A stretch of DNA of 6,596 nucleotides from Propionibacteriaceae bacterium. GTDB lineage: Bacteria > Actinomycetota > Actinomycetes > Propionibacteriales > Propionibacteriaceae. Positions 1 through 4,992 of this stretch are shown in pieces (within the stretch, counting starts at the first letter, position 1; each line of letters begins with the position of its first letter). The stretch is taken from positions 1 through 6,596 of the forward strand of contig JAIRQE010000023.1 of the NCBI GenBank assembly GCA_031256725.1, given 5' to 3'. The notes below the pieces were generated by a model. The model was not told the origin of the DNA. It saw nothing but the letters and a program-made list of their open reading frames with translations, and ran no database searches. The position numbers were made by a program, and so were the translations under genes.

Positions 1-115
1 CAGTGGCGTAGGCGATCCCGGCTCCATTGGCTAGATAGAGTTCCCAGGGTCTGTCGTGGTCGTGTCGGTGATTGTGTGGTGGCTCTTGTGTCTGCTCGGT
101 TCCGGTCATATTCAT
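1..115 (-). CDS. N-terminal fragment of a probable metal-ion transporter with a His-rich cytoplasmic N-terminus; the gene continues past the left edge
   Basis: My own minus-strand translation from ATG 115..113 gives MNMTGTEQTQEPPHNHRHDHDRPWELYLANGAGIAYAT..., with an alternative in-frame ATG at 109..107. The frame stays open to position 1, and an in-frame stop lies upstream at 130..128. The HNHRHDHD run followed by a hydrophobic stretch is typical of metal transporter N-termini. The gene is divergent from a metal-sensor ArsR/SmtB gene. The transporter family cannot be assigned from 38 residues. Confidence 0.45.
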   Translation of the reverse strand, partial: MNMTGTEQTQEPPHNHRHDHDRPWELYLANGAGIAYAT

Positions 116-123
116 GGACTCAT

Positions 124-145
124 CATATCATCATATGCTGATATG
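124..145. promoter_or_regulatory. Candidate ArsR/SmtB operator: 22-bp imperfect palindrome CATATCATCAT|ATGCTGATATG
   Basis: 10 of 11 arm positions pair; only 131/138 mismatch. The palindrome lies in the 78-bp divergent intergenic region between the His-rich transporter start (115) and the ArsR start (194). It overlaps a tandem CATCATAT x2 repeat (121..136). AT-rich dyads are the known operator architecture of SmtB/CzrA/NmtR-type repressors. Confidence 0.5.
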
Positions 146-193
146 TCAAGATCGTGAGATACTAAGATGGATGCTTGGTACTGAAGGATAACC

Positions 194-481
194 ATGAACT
201 TGACCCCGCGTGACGCCGAGCGGATCGCCGAAACCATGAGTGCTCTCTCGACTCCAGCAAGGGTACTCATTCTGGCTCGACTGCTCGAAGCACCAGCAAC
301 AGTAACCGAACTCGTTGAAGAACTCGGCCTCGGACAGACCGCCATCTCAAACCACTTGAGAATCCTTCGACACCTCAACCTTGCTACAGGTACCCGTGAA
401 GGCCGCAACATCGTGTACGAACTCCAAGACGACCACGTACGGGCAATGATCGAGCAGGTACTGAGTCACTCCCAACACTAG
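194..481 (+). CDS. ArsR/SmtB-family metalloregulatory transcriptional repressor, alpha5-site type
   Basis: The 95-aa ORF has a GAAGGA Shine-Dalgarno at 183..188. Its winged-HTH signature is TVTELVEELGLGQTAISNHLRILRHLNL...REGRNIVYEL. The C-terminal segment D79-D-H81-x10-H92-S-Q-H95 has the same spacing as the alpha5 ligands of CzrA (D84/H86/H97/H100) and NmtR (D91/H93/H104/H107). There is no alpha3 CxC motif. Confidence 0.9.
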   Translation: MNLTPRDAERIAETMSALSTPARVLILARLLEAPATVTELVEELGLGQTAISNHLRILRHLNLATGTREGRNIVYELQDDHVRAMIEQVLSHSQH

Positions 482-490
482 ATCCCCCTT

Positions 491-790
491 TTATCTGGTG
501 GATATAACGCCAGTAATGTTTCCAATGAAGAACACTAGAAGGAAGACAACAGTAATGGCAGGGATCGCTATGGCGGCAACTGACAGAGCAACGCCAGACG
601 TACCAATCTGGTCTTTCCTTCTCAAGCAGAGAAAACCCAGGATGACTCCCGCAAGGGCACTTAGCATGGTTATCAGAAGTATGAGGCCATAGAAGTCCCA
701 GTTCTGCCACAGGGCGAGGTACCCAATAACTATCCCCACAACTCCGAGAAGAAACCCAAGGAGAGGGAGGGCAAGACGGTTATCTCTCAT
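491..790 (-). CDS. Small integral membrane protein (3 predicted TM helices), function unknown
   Basis: The 99-aa ORF has three clear hydrophobic segments: LALPLLGFLLGVVGIVIGYLAL, FYGLILLITMLSALAGVILGFLCL and VALSVAAIAIPAITVVFLLVFFIG. They are separated by short charged loops (RRKDQ). I see no Shine-Dalgarno upstream of the ATG at 790, so the start or leader is uncertain. I recognise no family. Confidence 0.6.
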   Translation of the reverse strand: MRDNRLALPLLGFLLGVVGIVIGYLALWQNWDFYGLILLITMLSALAGVILGFLCLRRKDQIGTSGVALSVAAIAIPAITVVFLLVFFIGNITGVISTR

Positions 791-829
791 ATTTCAAGGA
801 TACGAAGCAATTCAAGGTAAGCTGAGATT

Positions 830-1657
830 ATGATAGAAATACCTGAGGCTTTGACCTTGGCTACTCAGATTCAGGATACCGTGGTGGGCAAACGGATTAT
901 GAAAGTTGTTGCGGGATCCTCACCACATGGGTTCGCTTGGTACTTTGGGGAACCTGAGGACTATCCGGCGCGGCTAGAGAACCTCGAAATCAGTGGAGTC
1001 TTCGCCCATGGGGGGAAGGTGGAGCTTGAGGCGGAACATATGCGGATCGCCTTGGGGGAAGGGGTACGTATTCGGCTTTACCAACCAGGAGAAAAGTACC
1101 CAGCCAAGCACCAACTCTTCATTGAGTTCGATGATGAGTCGACACTGGTGTGTACCGTGCAAATGTATGGCTGCCTTCTTGCCTTTCCCGAGGGAGCCAA
1201 TGATGACTTCTACTATGTGGTGGGCAAACAGAAACCAGCAGTACTAAGTGAGGATTTCGACCTTGCGTACTTCCGATCTCTTGTGGATGACGAAGTACTC
1301 AAAGGCTCCGCGAAAGCATTTCTTGCAACCCAGCAAAGGATTCCTGGGTTGGGCAATGGAGTCGTACAAGACATCCTGTGGCAAGCCGGGGTACATCCCA
1401 AGAGGAAGATGGGCACTGTCGATGGTGACAGCATTGACACTCTGTTTGCCACAGTTAAGAGGATCCTTGCCGAGATGACGGATGCAGGCGGACGGTGTAC
1501 CGAAAAGGATCTGTTTGGGAACCCTGGAGGCTACCAAGTGATCATGTGTAACGATGGTTTAGGTAACCCCTGCCCCAGGTGTGGCAGTGCGATTACTACG
1601 ATGTCATACCTTGGGGGAAAGGTATACGTCTGCACGGGTTGCCAGAAACTCACATAA
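830..1657 (+). CDS. Fpg/Nei (formamidopyrimidine-DNA glycosylase / endonuclease VIII) family protein, variant lacking the N-terminal Pro2
   Basis: The 275-aa ORF starts MIEIPEA, against canonical MPELPEV. A GGK motif (HGGKVEL) sits where Fpg has GKYL. The H2TH motif reads QRIPGLGNGVVQDILWQAGVHPKRK. The C-terminal zinc finger reads CPRCGSAITTMSYLGGKVYVCTGCQ. An in-frame stop at 818..820 prevents any N-terminal extension. Confidence 0.88.
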   Translation: MIEIPEALTLATQIQDTVVGKRIMKVVAGSSPHGFAWYFGEPEDYPARLENLEISGVFAHGGKVELEAEHMRIALGEGVRIRLYQPGEKYPAKHQLFIEFDDESTLVCTVQMYGCLLAFPEGANDDFYYVVGKQKPAVLSEDFDLAYFRSLVDDEVLKGSAKAFLATQQRIPGLGNGVVQDILWQAGVHPKRKMGTVDGDSIDTLFATVKRILAEMTDAGGRCTEKDLFGNPGGYQVIMCNDGLGNPCPRCGSAITTMSYLGGKVYVCTGCQKLT

Positions 1658-1673
1658 TTCTTTCAATGTCACT

Positions 1674-1688
1674 AGGGGCCTGGCCCCT
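1674..1688. terminator. GC-rich hairpin between convergent genes (possible bidirectional terminator)
   Basis: AGGGG-CCTGG-CCCCT forms a 5-bp G/C stem. It lies 17 nt after the glycosylase stop and 88 nt after the mazF stop. No clear U-tract follows on either strand, so the call is weak. Confidence 0.3.
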
Positions 1689-1775
1689 CTGACGCACGCG
1701 TGACCTGTCCCTGTTGCACTAGAAATGTGACAATTCCGAACCGGCCCTGACCTGCTCACAAATTGGCCCACTCTG

Positions 1776-2084
1776 TCAACGTAAGAGACGCAAATCGAAG
1801 GCATGAGCAATGGCTGTGGAGAGTTCATCCTCTTGATCGTCGAAGAGGATTCCTATTTGTTTGACTACTGCTGACTTTGACACTGTTGCGATGTTGTCAC
1901 AGGTTGCGACGCACGCGTGGTCAAGCCCATTACGCTCGCTCAGATTCACTTCGGTCGAGATACCTCTGATGGTCGATGTTATTGGGGCGATAGTCACATG
2001 ATTAAGAAGAGGTAGGGCAATGTCCCGTGTCAAGACCAGCGCCGGACGAATCTTGTCCACATCGACGAGGACAATACTCCTCAT
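1776..2084 (-). CDS. mazF: MazF/PemK-family type II toxin (sequence-specific endoribonuclease)
   Basis: The 102-aa ORF carries RPALVLTRD...VTIAPITSTIRGISTEVNL...CDNIATVSKSAVVKQIGIL...L..AIAHAFDL. This matches the conserved PemK/MazF layout, closest in style to the short actinobacterial MazF proteins. Its ATG shares one base with the upstream antitoxin stop (TGATG at 2086..2082). Confidence 0.88.
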   Translation of the reverse strand: MRSIVLVDVDKIRPALVLTRDIALPLLNHVTIAPITSTIRGISTEVNLSERNGLDHACVATCDNIATVSKSAVVKQIGILFDDQEDELSTAIAHAFDLRLLR

Positions 2085-2317
2085 CAGTCCAACCCCGAAA
2101 AAACGCTCATGACTGGCAGATCAGGGTAAACAGAGCCTTCTTCGCGCATCACACGGGTAATGATCTCAGCATCGTGTCTGTACCCCCTATAGCGATCCAG
2201 ATAGGCAATTGACCGTCGTACAGCATCAGAGCGATTTCTGGCTCGACCTGCTTCCACCTCAGTATCAAGGATGGCCAATTCTTCTTCAGTTAGACGTACG
2301 GCAATCTGCTGGCTCAC
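2084..2317 (-). CDS. Ribbon-helix-helix (CopG/MazE-like) type II antitoxin
   Basis: The 77-aa ORF has a GTG start at 2317..2315. Its N-terminus QQIAVRLTEEELAILDTEVEAGRARNRSDAVRRSIAYL has the beta-strand, helix, helix pattern of RHH DNA-binding domains. The C-terminal tail would be the toxin-binding part. The gene lies immediately upstream of mazF and is translationally coupled to it. Confidence 0.8.
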   Translation of the reverse strand: MSQQIAVRLTEEELAILDTEVEAGRARNRSDAVRRSIAYLDRYRGYRHDAEIITRVMREEGSVYPDLPVMSVFSGLD

Positions 2318-2337
2318 GAATCCATACTACAGGTTTT

Positions 2338-2355
2338 GCATACCAAATGGTATGC
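2338..2355. promoter_or_regulatory. Palindrome GCATACC-AAAT-GGTATGC upstream of the antitoxin: candidate TA operator, or hairpin after the methyltransferase gene
   Basis: The two 7-bp arms pair perfectly and are flanked by TTTT/AAAA (2334..2360). The palindrome sits 21-38 nt upstream of the antitoxin GTG. It lies just upstream of a minus-strand TAGTAT -10-like hexamer (2329..2324) that ends 6 nt before the GTG. Confidence 0.4.
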
Positions 2356-2366
2356 GAAAATCATTC

Positions 2367-2378
2367 CTGACATGTCAG
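2367..2378. promoter_or_regulatory. Perfect 12-bp palindrome CTGACATGTCAG
   Basis: All 6 base pairs are complementary. The palindrome lies in the 105-bp spacer between the methyltransferase stop (2423) and the antitoxin start (2317). Its function is unknown; it could be a second operator half or a regulator site. Confidence 0.3.
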
Positions 2379-2422
2379 ACCATCAGGGTGAACATAGCTT
2401 GATATCTGAGGTGCAGGAGATC

Positions 2423-4366
2423 TCACAACAGGCCCCAGGTGAGAATGCGTCGCTCAGTTTTTGCTCTCAGGGTTTCTAGGGCTGTTCGATGGGTGTCAAC
2501 AATGGTGAGGCTGTGTTTCTTTGCGAGTAGGTACAGTTGCCAGAATCCTGCGTCCCAGGCGTGGTACCCGTGATCTGAGTCATCGTAGTAGGCAGCCTGT
2601 CTGTAGGGGAAAGTGTCGTGGACAAGGGTGGTGAGTACGGCAAGGAGATTTTGGGCTTCGCGTGAGAGTGTATGTTCTTGGAGTTGGGTGTACACAAATC
2701 GTTCACCTGGATGATTCTTGAGGTCGCGAGTGACCTCGGAGAAGTGATGGTGGGCGGCGAGGGCGGCAACCTCATCGCGGCTCATAAAAAACCATTCATT
2801 GATCAGGTCAAGGGTCCTGCCCTTGTACTCAATCTGGCGTAGAGCTGACTGGTTGGAGCCGGATGGGTTTGCGAGTGCGTACATGATGGCATCGGAAACA
2901 AAGTCTTGCCACTGTGGTGAGGCTTGGAGAGTGGTACTGGGTTTCACGAAGTTTTCGTGACCGATGATCCAGCTTGCTGGGATCGACTTGCGTACCATGA
3001 AGTTCACGCAGGTACGCTCGAAGTTGAGGGGCAGTACACAGAACCCGTTGCCTGCACCAAAAGCAGTGGAGTACAGGCCCACCTCTTTCGCGGAATGCTC
3101 CACATCGTTGGCGTTGTTGTGGGCATAGCCGATGGCCCCTTCGAGGAGTTTGCCACGTTCGCCGGAAGGATGCCGGTTGGGTGTGAACGCGTTCGAGAGG
3201 CGAAGATAGGAACCGTCTTCCTGGTAGGCGCGCGACCGGGAGACCTGTTCCTTGGCCCAGGTACTGAGGAAGTCTGATTGAGCAATATTGCGTGCTGTAC
3301 GCTGGCGAATCTGACGGATACCGTGGCTGTAGGTTTCCTCCACGGAGAGGGGAAATTCGTCTGAAGTGACCGCTGATTTATCCGAGCGCCAGATTGTGAA
3401 AGAGATACCCCAGGTGGGTGATACGTCAGCAAACTCACCAGCATTGAAGAAAACCCCACGTTGGAAACCGAAGTCCTGTTGGAGGTCGGCCATGAACCTA
3501 TCCCAGGTTTCACCACCACACATGAACCGTTCATTGGTGAAGAATGCGATCACGACCTCCGGTAACTCGAAGTCTCGGGTGAGCTTCACCACCCGGTAGA
3601 AGAACTGAGCATAAAGCTGCTGGGCTGACTTTTTTAACCCATCCTGGACCATGATGGTATTTATCCGTGAGTCAGCAATACCAGTCTTCGATGTCGCATT
3701 GTCATTGGTGGCCGTACCATAAGGAGGATTCATCAGGAATACGATGGGTTTCCTGTGTACAAGAACCCGGTACAGATCGGGTGGCATTTTTACGTACTCC
3801 TCCGGAAGCATCTGTGGGTGAATATCCACATCATCATTGAGGAAGTCGTATTGAAATACTGTGGCACGAGGATTGTACTGAGTCGAGGTGTCCAACTCCT
3901 CCTGAAACAGGGTAGACAAATACAACTCGGAGAAGTCATAGTCACGAGTCAGGTTCTTCGTCCCACATGCCGCATCCCAGACCGCATAGTTCTGTCGCCA
4001 GTCGTCACCCAGTTCCTCAGACAGCAGTTCGTGTGCTCGATCAGCCCAAATCGTTGGCGTCCAAAAATCACCCGAGAAGCGACGGCTGGTCTCCTCAATC
4101 AACACGTCATACATCGCATTAATATCCCGGATTTCAGCATCCGAGTAGTCCCGTTCATACCAAGAAAAGAACGCCTCGTAAGCGGCTGTGTCAGCCTGGA
4201 TACTTGTGGTGTTGAGATGGATGAGATTTCTACCCTCAAGGCGTACCTCTCCAGTACCCAGAAGTGATGCGATGAAAAAGTGGACTGCTTGGCGGGGTTC
4301 CATTTTCACCCGGTCGCCGATGGATAGTGCCCGCAGGAACTTTTCATACACGACGTGGATGTTCAT
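2423..4366 (-). CDS. Gamma-class N6-adenine DNA methyltransferase-like protein (~647 aa) with a large uncharacterised C-terminal region
   Basis: This is the long unbroken ORF. Residue numbers follow the 648-aa ORF-track translation. Motif X-like GDFWTP is at aa 100-105. Motif I VWDAACGTKNL is at aa 130-140; I checked nt 3976..3959 and they read GAT GCG GCA TGT GGG ACG. Motif III-like QYDFL is at aa 173-177. Motif IV FLMNPPYG was checked at nt 3730..3719, which read AAT CCT CCT TAT. After motif IV comes the helix QLYAQFFYRVVKL. I prefer the ATG at 4366 over the track's GTG at 4369, because the strong SD GAAGGAGG lies only 1 nt from the GTG and 4 nt from the ATG. Confidence 0.85.
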   Translation of the reverse strand: MNIHVVYEKFLRALSIGDRVKMEPRQAVHFFIASLLGTGEVRLEGRNLIHLNTTSIQADTAAYEAFFSWYERDYSDAEIRDINAMYDVLIEETSRRFSGDFWTPTIWADRAHELLSEELGDDWRQNYAVWDAACGTKNLTRDYDFSELYLSTLFQEELDTSTQYNPRATVFQYDFLNDDVDIHPQMLPEEYVKMPPDLYRVLVHRKPIVFLMNPPYGTATNDNATSKTGIADSRINTIMVQDGLKKSAQQLYAQFFYRVVKLTRDFELPEVVIAFFTNERFMCGGETWDRFMADLQQDFGFQRGVFFNAGEFADVSPTWGISFTIWRSDKSAVTSDEFPLSVEETYSHGIRQIRQRTARNIAQSDFLSTWAKEQVSRSRAYQEDGSYLRLSNAFTPNRHPSGERGKLLEGAIGYAHNNANDVEHSAKEVGLYSTAFGAGNGFCVLPLNFERTCVNFMVRKSIPASWIIGHENFVKPSTTLQASPQWQDFVSDAIMYALANPSGSNQSALRQIEYKGRTLDLINEWFFMSRDEVAALAAHHHFSEVTRDLKNHPGERFVYTQLQEHTLSREAQNLLAVLTTLVHDTFPYRQAAYYDDSDHGYHAWDAGFWQLYLLAKKHSLTIVDTHRTALETLRAKTERRILTWGLL

Positions 4367-4507
4367 CACACCTCCTTCATGATTAGTTTAGTTGCGTCCC
4401 CAACCAGAAAGGGGGAAGTGACGCTATATCATGTAATCAACAGATGTTGCTCCATCCGAAATAGGCCATCCTATTCTTTGTATCGAGTATCATGATAATA
4501 TGGACCT

Positions 4508-4882
4508 ATGGATATTCCTATTGATGCGATTTTTCTTTTCGTCGGAATACTTGCTATTTGGTCCGCTTTCGGTATCGTGTGCTATTTAGGATCTAGATCT
4601 AAGCTCGGGCGTAATGCATACGCAGGTATCCGCCTCCCCTCAACCATGGTGAATGACTCCACATGGGAAACTGCTCACAAGGAGGCAATGTGGCACGTAA
4701 AAATGAGTGGTATATCTATCTTCCCTCTTGCTGTGGTAGCAGTGGTTGCCTTCAATGGAAGTAAAGTACTGATTGGGATTCTTGCTACACTTTATGCGGT
4801 TTGTCTGACATGGATTATTGTCGCGACTGTTATGGCAACAAAGGCAGCAAAAAGAGCACTATCCAGCGCTATTCAAAACTGA
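4508..4882 (+). CDS. SdpI/YhfL-family-like small membrane protein (immunity-protein-type fold), 3 TM segments
   Basis: The 124-aa ORF has TM1 AIFLFVGILAIWSAFGIVCYLG. It is followed by RNAYAGIRLPSTMVNDSTWETAHKEA, which matches the SdpI-family core (N..GIR....... W...H). Two further TM segments follow. The gene is visibly more AT-rich than its neighbours. An extended -10-like TGATAATAT (4493..4501) ends 6 nt before the ATG and no SD is present, so the transcript may be leaderless. Confidence 0.65.
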   Translation: MDIPIDAIFLFVGILAIWSAFGIVCYLGSRSKLGRNAYAGIRLPSTMVNDSTWETAHKEAMWHVKMSGISIFPLAVVAVVAFNGSKVLIGILATLYAVCLTWIIVATVMATKAAKRALSSAIQN

Positions 4883-4913
4883 GTTCCAAGGCATCATTGC
4901 ATAATCATGGTGT

Positions 4914-4992
4914 AGGGCTTTCCCTGTTGGGAGGGGATCGAATAACCCAGCGATAGGCCGTACCGTCTACACGGATACGGCAGAAGCCCTTT
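4914..4992 (+). terminator. Compound stem-loop downstream of the SdpI-like gene (candidate terminator or structured RNA)
   Basis: The outer stem is AGGGCTT (4914..4920) paired with AAGCCCT (4984..4990). It encloses hairpin TCCC-tgtt-GGGA (4921..4932). It also encloses hairpin GCCGTACCGT-ctac-ACGGATACGGC (4957..4981, one bulged base). Only a short TTCT follows, so the U-tract is weak. Confidence 0.3.

Noticed and set aside
112-710. ORFs 112..411(-), 384..710(-) and 498..692(+)
   Set aside because: They are antisense or off-frame shadows of the ArsR gene and the 3-TM membrane-protein gene. They have no motifs, and their composition is Arg/Cys/Ser-rich.
974-1828. ORFs 974..1162(-), 993..1247(+), 1213..1452(-), 1244..1537(-), 1248..1478(+), 1604..1828(-)
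   Set aside because: They overlap the Fpg/Nei-like gene, whose motifs span its full length. ORF 1604..1828 also crosses the convergent intergenic hairpin. None has a recognisable motif or an RBS.
1691-1919. 12-nt direct repeat GACGCACGCGTG at 1691..1702 and 1908..1919
   Set aside because: By a rough estimate, about one exact 12-mer repeat is expected by chance in a 6.6-kb window. One copy lies inside the mazF coding sequence. There is no further repeat structure and nothing CRISPR-like or IS-like.
2027-2212. Plus-strand ORF antisense to the toxin/antitoxin junction
   Set aside because: It is a shadow of the well-supported MazEF-like pair, with no SD and no motif.
2423-4369. Possibility that the 647-aa protein is a fused Type IIG/IIL restriction-modification enzyme (MmeI-like)
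   Set aside because: Only ~100 residues precede motif X, which is too short for the N-terminal nuclease domain of such enzymes. I could not find a convincing PD-(D/E)xK, HNH or GIY-YIG motif anywhere in the protein by eye. A profile search should confirm this.
2476-4382. Six track ORFs inside or antisense to the methyltransferase gene (2476..2775-, 2924..3277+, 3004..3534-, 3366..3599+, 3755..4267+, 4188..4382+)
   Set aside because: All overlap the 1.9-kb ORF, which carries recognisable methyltransferase motifs in the correct order. Their translations are low-complexity or rich in Ser/Pro/Arg/Trp, as expected for off-frame shadows.
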